DNA of 32,000 nucleotides from Schaalia odontolytica (GTDB lineage Bacteria; Actinomycetota; Actinomycetes; Actinomycetales; Actinomycetaceae): NCBI RefSeq assembly GCF_005696695.1, contig NZ_CP040006.1, positions 150,001 to 182,000 of the forward strand, read 5' to 3'. Shown piece by piece: positions 8,065 to 15,470 of this stretch (position 1 is its first letter; each line of letters starts with the position of its first letter). The notes under the pieces were generated by a model. It saw only the letters and a program-made list of their open reading frames with translations, ran no database searches and was not told where the DNA came from. The position numbers and the translations under genes were made by a program.

Positions 8065-8177
8065 AATTTCGCACGTAATTCCCCTGTGACTCTTTCAGGA
8101 TTTGAATTGGCATCGTTGGAATTGCAACGATTCTGAAGGTTGTTGAAAGTTCACGCAATCGAATTACGTGCGAAATT
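8065..8177. mobile_element. TIR element copy 1 (113 bp), MITE-like, inverted relative to copies 2 and 3
   Basis: The ends are aatttcgcacgtaattcccc and cgaattacgtgcgaaatt. The internal ctctttcaggatttgaatt matches the reverse complement of the copy 2 interior (ctctttcaacatttgaatt). Confidence 0.75.
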
Positions 8178-8334
8178 TCTGGTAGGTGTTTGCGCCTTCA
8201 CTCATGGGAACCGCAGCTAGGCAGCCCAACCAGGCATCGCAGCCACGTACTGCAGCTAGGCGCCGCCGCAGGACGCCCGCAAGCACATAACACGGGAATA
8301 TCAACGGTCGTAGCCCCGGGGTAGGGCGGCCGAG

Positions 8335-8369
8335 CATCCCCGAGGGTACCCCGGGTAGTCTCGGGGATG
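8335..8369 (+). promoter_or_regulatory. Perfect 10-bp stem hairpin/palindrome 55 nt upstream of the ABC exporter ATPase
   Basis: catccccgag (8335-8344), loop ggtaccccgggtagt, ctcggggatg (8360-8369). Confidence 0.4.
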
Positions 8370-8423
8370 AATCAGGGGAAACCTCCGTAGCGGTGACGCG
8401 CACCGCAGGCGCACGATGGATAC

Positions 8424-9191
8424 ATGAACACGAACACGACAATCGCGCAGGCCCCCGTGGCCGACCAAGGGGCCCCGGCCTCGTCCATCGTCCGACTCCA
8501 GGGCGTCTCCAAGATCTACGGAAGCGGCGACGCACAGGTGCGCGCCCTCGACGACGTGAGCGTCGGCTTCGGCGCCGGCGAATTCACCGCCATCATGGGC
8601 CCCTCCGGCTCCGGCAAATCCACGATGATGCACATCCTCGCCGGCCTCGACGCCCCCACCTCCGGGCACGTCTTTGTCGAAGACACCGACATCACCGCCC
8701 TGAAAGACACCGCGCTGACGAAGCTGCGCCGCGACCGCATCGGCTTCGTGTTCCAGTCCTTCAACCTGGTGCCCACCCTGGACGCGCGCGCCAACATCCT
8801 CCTGCCCATGCGCCTGGCCGGGGCCACCCCCGAGAAGGAATGGTTCGACCTCATCGTCAACTCCCTGGGCATCGCGGACCGCCTGAGTCACCGCCCCTCC
8901 GAGATGTCCGGCGGCCAGCAGCAGCGCGTCGCCGTCGCCCGCGCCCTCATGAGCCGCCCCGCCGTCATCGTCGCGGACGAGCCCACCGGCAACCTCGACT
9001 CGCACTCGACCACCGAGGTCATGGACCTGCTGCGCCGCGCCGTCGACGAACTCGGCCAGAGCGTCATCATGGTCACCCACGACACCGCCACCGCCGCCTA
9101 CGCGGACCGCGTCCTCGTGTGCCGCGATGGACGCATCGTTTCCGACCTGCGCGACGTCACCGCCGACTCCCTCACCGCGGCGCTGCGCTGA
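8424..9191 (+). CDS. ABC transporter ATP-binding protein, MacB/LolD-type
   Basis: 255 aa. Walker A GPSGSGKST, Q-loop, signature MSGGQQQRVAVARAL, Walker B VIVADEPTGNLD and H-loop VTHD are all present. Confidence 0.92.
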   Translation: MNTNTTIAQAPVADQGAPASSIVRLQGVSKIYGSGDAQVRALDDVSVGFGAGEFTAIMGPSGSGKSTMMHILAGLDAPTSGHVFVEDTDITALKDTALTKLRRDRIGFVFQSFNLVPTLDARANILLPMRLAGATPEKEWFDLIVNSLGIADRLSHRPSEMSGGQQQRVAVARALMSRPAVIVADEPTGNLDSHSTTEVMDLLRRAVDELGQSVIMVTHDTATAAYADRVLVCRDGRIVSDLRDVTADSLTAALR

Positions 9192-9220
9192 ACGCGCGCC
9201 CACTCCCCAAGGCTCACCTC

Positions 9221-11755
9221 ATGTCTGCAACAAACTCCCTCCTGAGCGCTAACCTGCGCTCCCACGGCCGCCGCTACATCTCCACCGGCCTGGCCGTCGC
9301 CATCTCCACGGCCTTCATCGTCATCACCCTCATCGTCATGACGGCGATGACCTCGGGCCTGACCTCCAGCGTCTACAGCCAGTACCGAGGCGGCACGGTC
9401 GTCGTCTCCCAGAACAAGGACGCGACCGACGAGTCGACTCAGCGCGCCGAAGAAATCCTGCGCTCCACCAGCGGCGTCACCGCCATCAAGCACATGGCCC
9501 AGTGGCCCGCCGACGCCCAAACCGACGCGACTCGCGCCGGCCTCTACGTGTCGCCGCTGGCCCCCAAGCCCTTCGCCGACCTCGACCTGAGCGCCGGAAC
9601 CACCCCGACCGCCGACGACCAGATCGCCATCCCCGAGCACACGGCCTTGACCCTCTCGCTGAAGGTCGGCGACACCGTCCGCGTACGCGCCGGATTCACC
9701 GAGGGCGACTACCGCACCCTCACCATCGTCGGCACCACGCGCTCGAACACCATCAGCATGGGCGTGCCCGCCAGCTACGTGACCGACGGCGGATTCTCCG
9801 CGATCTTTGGAACGACCGCCTCCGGCCAGTTCATCGTCGCAACTTCCGGATCGGATACGGACAGCAACGCAAACCCTCCCAGCGCCACCCAGGACGAGTG
9901 GGTGGCAACAGCAAACTCCGCGCTCAGCGGCGTCTCGGGCGTGACCGTGACCAGCGTGCACAAGGCAATCCAGGACGACCTCAACCAGGCGCGCCTGGGA
10001 GCGTCCGTGACGATGGGCATCATGCTGATCTTCCCGGCGATCGCGGCGCTCGTGGCCTCTATCGTCGTCTCCTCGACCTTCCGAGTGGTGCTCACGCAGC
10101 GCACCCGCGAACTGGCGCTGCTGCGCACGCTGGGAGCAACCAGGCGCCAGGTCCGCTCGCTCGTGACCCGCGAGGCCCTCGCGATCGGAGCGATCTCGTC
10201 CGCGATTGGCGTCGCACTCGGCTGGCTGATTGGCGCGCTCGCGGAGGCGGGCACCGGCCTGGCCTCTAGCGTCGTCGCGGCGCTGGCGGGGGCCTCCATC
10301 TGGCAGCTTGTGTTCACGTGGCTGGGCGCCACCCTGTTCACGACCCTGGTCGGCGTCTTCCCGGCCCGCGCCGCCTCCCGCGTCGCGCCCGTCGCCGCCC
10401 TCGCCCCCGTGAACGAGGCCGGGGCCGCCGCCCGCAAGAAGCACACCGTCCGCTTCATCATCGGCGCGCTCGTCGCGGTGGCCGGCTGCGCCTCCGTGGC
10501 CCTCGCGTGGCGCTCGGATAGCGGCGGCACGAAATTCCTTGGGGCTTTCGGCGGGTCACTCCTGGCCCTCCTTGGCGCGCTTCTCGTCGCCTCCGTGCTG
10601 CTGCCGGCCCTCACCCGCGCGTTCGGCTCGGTCTTCCCGGGCACGCTGTCCGCCATGGCCCGCGAGAACACGATGCGCAACCCCGGACGCACCTCCGCGA
10701 CCGGCACCGCGATCATCATCGGCGTGACCCTCGTCGTCACCATCATCGTCGGCGCCGCATCCGTGCGCACCACGCTGACCAACGCCGTGAACGACGCCCG
10801 ACCCTTCGACCTCATGGCCACCTCCACGAGCGGAGCGCTCACCGACGACCAGCAGGCCGCCATCGCGGCCACCGACGGCGTCGCCGCCACCGTCGCCCAG
10901 TACGCCGCCCCCGGCACCCTGACGACCACCTCGGGCGCGCCCGCCTACGCTTCCGGTGAGGGAACCGGGGCGGAGGACGAGGCCCAGGCCTCGTCGGTGA
11001 TGATCACCGGAGAACCCGACTACACGGGCGTCACCCACTCGACCGTCACCCAGCTGGGCGATAACCAGGTGCGCGTCGGCGACGAGGCCCTGGCCGGGCA
11101 GACGCTGCGCCTGTGCGCCGACACGTGCGTGGACCTGAGTGCCACCTACGACAAGAACGGCAGCGTCGGGGAGGCCCAAGTCTCTGAGAGGACCCTGCGA
11201 TCCATCGCGACCTCGCTCGAGCGTCAGGCGATCATCATCAAGATGGCCGACGGGGCTGACGCCGAGACCGTCCAGGCTGCGCTGCTCAAGGACTCGCAGC
11301 TGAGCGTTAACGGCTCCGCCCTGGAGCGCCAGATGTACACGAAGATCATCGACAAGCTGATGCTTGTCCTCGTCGGACTGCTCGGCGTGTCCGTCCTCGT
11401 GTCCCTGGTGGGTGTGGCCAACACGCTGTCCCTGTCGGTCGCCGAACGCATCCGCGAAAACGGGCTGCTGCGGGCGCTCGGCCTGACGCGACGCCAGATG
11501 AAGAGCCTCCTCGCCCTCGAAGCGCTGTTCCTGTCGATGACCGGTGCGCTGATCGGCGTCGGCATGGGCGTCGCCTTCGGGTGGGTCGGCGTCATGAGCC
11601 TGCCGATTGATGGGGCTACTCCCGTGCTGAGCGTGCCGTGGCTGCAGCTGGTCGGCGTGTGCGTCGTGGCCATTGTGTCCGCGCTGATCGCCTCGTGGCT
11701 GCCCGGCCGCCGGGCCGCCAAGGTCAGCCCCTCGGAGGCGCTGGCGACGGAGTGA
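9221..11755 (+). CDS. ABC transporter permease with two FtsX domains (844 aa)
   Basis: ATG at 9221 (MSATNSLLSANLRSHGRRY) lies in frame within the long 8393 ORF. Two FtsX-type modules are present: LRTLGATRRQVRSLVTREALAIG and LRALGLTRRQMKSLLALEALFLS. Each follows a large extracytoplasmic segment and has multiple TM helices. Confidence 0.88.
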   Translation: MSATNSLLSANLRSHGRRYISTGLAVAISTAFIVITLIVMTAMTSGLTSSVYSQYRGGTVVVSQNKDATDESTQRAEEILRSTSGVTAIKHMAQWPADAQTDATRAGLYVSPLAPKPFADLDLSAGTTPTADDQIAIPEHTALTLSLKVGDTVRVRAGFTEGDYRTLTIVGTTRSNTISMGVPASYVTDGGFSAIFGTTASGQFIVATSGSDTDSNANPPSATQDEWVATANSALSGVSGVTVTSVHKAIQDDLNQARLGASVTMGIMLIFPAIAALVASIVVSSTFRVVLTQRTRELALLRTLGATRRQVRSLVTREALAIGAISSAIGVALGWLIGALAEAGTGLASSVVAALAGASIWQLVFTWLGATLFTTLVGVFPARAASRVAPVAALAPVNEAGAAARKKHTVRFIIGALVAVAGCASVALAWRSDSGGTKFLGAFGGSLLALLGALLVASVLLPALTRAFGSVFPGTLSAMARENTMRNPGRTSATGTAIIIGVTLVVTIIVGAASVRTTLTNAVNDARPFDLMATSTSGALTDDQQAAIAATDGVAATVAQYAAPGTLTTTSGAPAYASGEGTGAEDEAQASSVMITGEPDYTGVTHSTVTQLGDNQVRVGDEALAGQTLRLCADTCVDLSATYDKNGSVGEAQVSERTLRSIATSLERQAIIIKMADGADAETVQAALLKDSQLSVNGSALERQMYTKIIDKLMLVLVGLLGVSVLVSLVGVANTLSLSVAERIRENGLLRALGLTRRQMKSLLALEALFLSMTGALIGVGMGVAFGWVGVMSLPIDGATPVLSVPWLQLVGVCVVAIVSALIASWLPGRRAAKVSPSEALATE

Positions 11756-11793
11756 TTGCTTGTTGACTGCGGTTGGTTGACTGGTGTTGATGA

Positions 11794-11826
11794 CGGGTGG
11801 GGTGCCGCGAGGCGCCCCACCCGTTG
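11794..11826 (+). terminator. Hairpin after the permease gene
   Basis: cgggtggggtgcc (11794-11806), loop gcga, ggcgccccacccg (11811-11823), then ttgg. There is one G-U or mismatch position. Confidence 0.6.
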
Positions 11827-11875
11827 GTATGGTGGTGCTGTGTGGCCCCGCTGGTGTTCCGGGCGCCGCGTGTTG

Positions 11876-12017
11876 TTGCTTGTGGCCCTACGGGTGTTCC
11901 GGGCGCCGGAGGCCCCGGCCGCCCGCGAGGCTAGGCGGCCTCACTTCGTTCGGCGCCGCGCCTCGAAGCCCGCCCGTGCCCTCCGGTCCCTCCGGCGCCC
12001 TCCACACCAGTGGGGCC
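11876..12017. repeat. Repeat module M1, copy B (142 nt)
   Basis: Direct repeat of 7314-7455. A partial internal duplication, tgtggcccc(g/ta)c(t/g)ggtgttccgggcgccg, lies at 11841-11868 and 11881-11908. Confidence 0.9.
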
Positions 12018-12025
12018 CGGTGTGC

Positions 12026-12140
12026 TGACGTGTGCTTGTGCGTCGCCTCGAACCCCGGCCAGGCCCCGCCGCCGCCCACCGGCACCGCAGCCTGGCCCCG
12101 TAGGCCTCGCGGTGGCCGCCGATTGGGCGGGCCTGCTTGT
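12026..12140. repeat. GC-rich repeat module M2 (about 1.2 units of the 93-bp family)
   Basis: ggccaggccccgccgccgcccaccggcaccgcagcc...ggccgccgattgggcgggcctgcttgtg is a circular permutation of the 93-bp unit at 14821-15036. A shorter relative lies at 7460-7535. Confidence 0.7.
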
Positions 12141-12143
12141 GTT

Positions 12144-12326
12144 TTGTTACAAACGTCGTCAATCCGAGGAGTTTTTTGTGGGGATTCTTGTGTGGTTGTT
12201 ACAAACGTCGTCAATCCGACGCCTTTTTCATTGAAAATACTGGTTTTTTGGCTCAGATTGACGACGTTTGTAACAGAGGCTGTTGAAGGGCGTTTCAAAA
12301 TGCTCCAGTTTGACGACGTTTGTAAC
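12144..12326. repeat. Double-armed palindrome: TTGTTACAAACGTCGTCAATCCGA, 2 direct then 2 inverted copies with a 52-bp arm period
   Basis: Direct copies are at 12144-12167 and 12196-12219. Inverted copies are at 12253-12275 and 12310-12326. The 17-nt core gttacaaacgtcgtcaa is identical in all four. The symmetry centre is near 12236. Confidence 0.9.
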
Positions 12327-12393
12327 GCATGGCTGCCGTAAGCGGTGAGTCCTCGCCCAGCAAACCATGGGGTGGCCTCCGATTGGGGCGGTA

Positions 12394-12472
12394 ATGGGGG
12401 TTTGCGCCATGCGAAGCCTTCTGACGGCGTGTCGCCGGCGTGTCGGAGCTTTGGATGGCGTCATTCCCCCCG
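12394..12472. repeat. Repeat module M3, copy B
   Basis: Matches 7944-8023. Confidence 0.85.
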
Positions 12473-12514
12473 TTTTGAGGCTCTGAGGTCGCAGCTTGGG
12501 GTGGTGCGGCGCCG

Positions 12515-12581
12515 AAAACACAGACCACCTCGGTGAAAAACGCTGAAAACGGGCTGTCGTGGGCGAGGTGGTCTGCGTTTT
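12515..12581. repeat. 18-bp stem inverted repeat with a 31-nt loop
   Basis: aaaacacagaccacctcg (12515-12532) pairs with cgaggtggtctgcgtttt (12564-12581) with one mismatch. Confidence 0.75.
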
Positions 12582-12655
12582 GGGCACAAAGGTGTCTGGC
12601 GCGGTGCATGTGCTCGCACGTGAGGCCAGTATCCGGAGTGCTCACCCGATAGATC

Positions 12656-12761
12656 GCACGTTAACCCACTGACCTGCACGTAAACCCTTTGATACGCACG
12701 TAAACCCCTAGACATGCACCTGGGCGGCGCTGCCCACACGCATGTCATCGGGTTAACGTGC
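12656..12761. repeat. Phased array of GCACGT(T)AAACCC motifs at exactly 20-bp spacing, plus one inverted copy
   Basis: gcacgttaaccc begins at 12656, gcacgtaaaccc at 12676, gcacgtaaacccc at 12696, and the degenerate gcacctggg at 12716. The inverted gggttaacgtgc lies at 12750-12761. The motif resembles the TIR core tcGCACGTAAttCCCC of the 114-bp element. Confidence 0.8.
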
Positions 12762-12873
12762 GGACTTAGTGGCCCGTGCGCATGTTATCGAGCCCAGGTG
12801 CGCATGAAGGGGCCCAGGCCGCCACCCATCGGGTTGACTGTGCAGGCGAGCGAGTGTGTGGGCCCCGCAGGCC

Positions 12874-14619
12874 TCAGCACTCCACGACGTTGACGGCCAG
12901 GCCGCCCTCCGAGGTCTCCTTGTACTTCGAGAGCATGTCGTTGCCGGTCTGACGCATCGTCTCAATGACCACGTCGAGGCTCACCGTGTGGCGGCCGTCG
13001 CCCCACAGGGCCATGCGCGCCGCGTTGATTGCCTTGACGGCCGCGATCGCGTTGCGCTCGATGCACGGCACCTGCACGAGGCCCGCCACCGGGTCGCACG
13101 TCAGGCCCAGCGAGTGCTCCATCGCGATCTCCGCCGCGTTCTCCACCTGCTGCGGGGTGCCGCCGAGGGCCTGCGCTAGGCCAGCGGCCGCCATCGCCGA
13201 GGCCGACCCGACCTCGCCCTGGCAGCCGACCTCAGCGCCCGCGATGGACGCGTTCGTCTTAATAAGGGCGCCGATCGCCGTCGCCGCCAGCAGGAAGTCG
13301 TGCACGAGGGCGCGGCGGCGGGCTGCGCAGGCCTCGGGCGACGCGGGATCGTCCGAAGAAGTCTCCGAGGAATCCTCCGTCGTCATGCGAATGTGCGCCA
13401 GCGGGGTGACCGCGCCGTCCTCCGTCGCCGGACCCGCCGCCACGCCGGGCGTCGACCCCGTCTCCGGGCAGTGCGTCACCAGGTAGCCCAGGACCGCGGG
13501 GATCACGCCGGCCGCGCCGTTCGTCGGTGCGGTCACGACGCGGTGGCCCGCCGCGTTCTCCTCGTTCACGGCCAGGGCGAAGAGGTTCACCCAGTCCATC
13601 GCCCGCATCGGGTCGGCCACGGTCGACACCCAGGCGCGTGCACCGGGGGAGCGCACGCCCTCCGCGGGAGATGCGCTCAAGGAGGCCCCGGCCTCGTCCG
13701 TCGAAGCCTGAGGGATGCCCGTCAGGCGCTCCGCGAGCTTGCCGGCGAGCGCGCGGGCGCGGCGCGGCACGTCCAGGCCGCCCGGCAGGATGCCCGCCGC
13801 CGACGTGCCCGCATCCACGCAGTCGAACATCGTGTCGGCGATGCGATCCAGGTAGGCGTTGACGGTCTCGTGGGGGCGCACCGCCTCCTCGTTCCTGCGC
13901 ACGAGCTCCGCGATGCTCAGGCCGGACGCGTCGCACGCGGCGAGCAACTGCGCGCCGGATACGAATGGGTGCGGCGCGGGAACGTCGATGCCGACGCCCG
14001 CCTGGCTCGTCGCGAGCGAAGACACCTCCGGGTTCTGTGGGTCGTCATTCGTCTGAATCATGACGAAGCCGCCGCCCACCGAATAATAGGTGCGCTCCAG
14101 GATCACGGTGCCGTCATCGTCGGAGGCGGTGATCGTCAGCGCGTTCACGTGATAGGGCAGGACCGTGCGCGGCACGAAACGCACGTCCTCGGCGATGTTG
14201 AGGGGGACCTGCGTGCCGCTCGGCAGCGTCAGCATGTTCGACGAGGCCAGGGTCGGCAGGATGGACTCCACCGTCTCGATGTCCACCGTCTCTGGGTCGT
14301 AGCCCGCCAGGCCGAGGAGGACCGCGCGGTCCGTCGAGTGACCGCGGCCCGTCGCACCCAGCGACCCGAACAGGTCAATCGTGATGTGCGACGGCGGCTT
14401 CAGCGTCGTCAGCTCCGTCGTGAATGCCAGACCCGCGCGCATCGGACCCACCGTGTGCGACGAGGACGGCCCGATGCCAATGCGGAACATGTCGAAGACC
14501 GACAGGGGGTGCGGCGCATCGTGCGCGGCCACCTCGCCCGAGACGATAGCTGCGGGCGTGGGACGCGACGGGTCGTACGTCGTGACAGATGCGCCAAGGG
14601 CGACGGGGCGAAGATCCAT
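12874..14619 (-). CDS. sdaA: L-serine ammonia-lyase (L-serine dehydratase, single-chain Fe-S type)
   Basis: Motifs present: [106 protein letters not shown]. The start is uncertain: ATG at 14619 (MDLRP) or GTG at 14532. The track ORF extends to 14991 only because the repeat-rich upstream DNA happens to be open. Confidence 0.9.
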   Translation of the reverse strand: MDLRPVALGASVTTYDPSRPTPAAIVSGEVAAHDAPHPLSVFDMFRIGIGPSSSHTVGPMRAGLAFTTELTTLKPPSHITIDLFGSLGATGRGHSTDRAVLLGLAGYDPETVDIETVESILPTLASSNMLTLPSGTQVPLNIAEDVRFVPRTVLPYHVNALTITASDDDGTVILERTYYSVGGGFVMIQTNDDPQNPEVSSLATSQAGVGIDVPAPHPFVSGAQLLAACDASGLSIAELVRRNEEAVRPHETVNAYLDRIADTMFDCVDAGTSAAGILPGGLDVPRRARALAGKLAERLTGIPQASTDEAGASLSASPAEGVRSPGARAWVSTVADPMRAMDWVNLFALAVNEENAAGHRVVTAPTNGAAGVIPAVLGYLVTHCPETGSTPGVAAGPATEDGAVTPLAHIRMTTEDSSETSSDDPASPEACAARRRALVHDFLLAATAIGALIKTNASIAGAEVGCQGEVGSASAMAAAGLAQALGGTPQQVENAAEIAMEHSLGLTCDPVAGLVQVPCIERNAIAAVKAINAARMALWGDGRHTVSLDVVIETMRQTGNDMLSKYKETSEGGLAVNVVEC

Positions 14620-14669
14620 GGGGACTATTGTGCAGCAGCCGCCTGGGGGAATGCCTGTTGTGGCTGTGG

Positions 14670-14748
14670 CCCGCCAGATCTCCGGCGTTGCTCTGCCCGC
14701 CAGATCTCCGGCGTTGCTCTGCCCGCCTGATTTCCGGCCGCCGCGTGG
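14670..14748. repeat. 26-bp tandem repeat, about 2.9 copies
   Basis: cccgccagatctccggcgttgctctg at 14670-14695 and 14696-14721 are identical. A degenerate third unit lies at 14722-14748. Confidence 0.9.
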
Positions 14749-14820
14749 CCTGCCCGCCCGCTCGCCGTCCGCGCCGCGAGCTTCGCTCGGCGCGTCGGCT
14801 CGAAGCCCGGCCAGGCCCCG

Positions 14821-15036
14821 CAGGCCACTCGGCGGCCTCCAATCGGGCGTGCGCGTGCCCGCCCTGGCCCTGCCGCCGCCCACGAGCGCCGCAGTCACAC
14901 CCCTATTGCCCCGCAGGCCACGCGGCGGCCTCCAATCGGGCGTGCTTGTGCGTGCCCTGGCCCTGCTGCCGCCCACGGGCGCCGCAGCCACATCCTTATT
15001 GCCCTGTAGGACCCGCGGCGGCCTCTGGGTGGGTCG
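14821..15036. repeat. 93-bp tandem repeat, about 2.3 copies (GC-rich M2 family)
   Basis: Unit 1 is 14821-14913, unit 2 is 14914-15006, and a partial unit is 15007-15036. The units start caggccac(t/g)cggcggcctccaatcgggcgtgc. Confidence 0.9.
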
Positions 15037-15470
15037 AAAGTCCTATGTGTTCGCAGGTGGGAAGAAGTTTGAGTGGAAATGGGTGACAGGACAAAGGATT
15101 TTCCTTGCATTGCTTGACGCTTTGGGGGTGACACCGGTCTGAAAATAGGCTTATCGGTTGATTGTTGGGAACCTGTCAAGCGCTGCAAAGTTCCACACTT
15201 TGATTTGTTTCCAGCCGTTAAAAAAGATGAAAATAGCCGAAAAGACACGTTTTCATAGATTGAAACCAGTAGGTCAATCGTTGATTTCCTGCGGAAATAT
15301 CACTTGACTGTTTTTCTGTAAGGTAGACCACTAGCAAAGCTGCAGAAAATGGGTTGCATTTTTCGGTAACCGCGTCGTACGCTGAGTGTCATCAAGGTTG
15401 TGGAAAAACCTCTCGGGACATCCCCCCGAGTACGACACAGCGAAGCAACAGTCTTCAAGGAGATCGATTA
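15037..15470 (+). promoter_or_regulatory. AT-rich (~40% GC) upstream region of the pilus operon; probable promoter/regulatory region
   Basis: GC drops sharply against a ~68% background. The region contains TTGACT at 15304-15309, a small palindrome atttcctgcggaaat at 15284-15298, and SD aaggag at 15457-15462. No convincing -35/-10 pair could be assigned. Confidence 0.5.

Noticed and set aside
8393-9220. N-terminal 276 aa of the 1120-aa ORF 8393-11755, which would fuse upstream sequence to the permease
   Set aside because: This part is an out-of-frame read-through of the ABC ATPase gene with Arg/Pro/His-rich nonsense. The permease begins at ATG 9221, 30 nt after the ATPase stop.
12656-12806. 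Possible CRISPR array, because of the regularly spaced short repeats
   Set aside because: The repeat boxes are only about 12 nt with about 8-nt spacers at a 20-bp period. That is far below CRISPR repeat and spacer lengths. No cas genes are present in the window.
14620-14991. 5' extension of the sdaA ORF, giving 705 aa in the track
   Set aside because: The extension consists of translated 26-bp and 93-bp tandem repeats. Conserved SdaA sequence begins only near [16 protein letters not shown].
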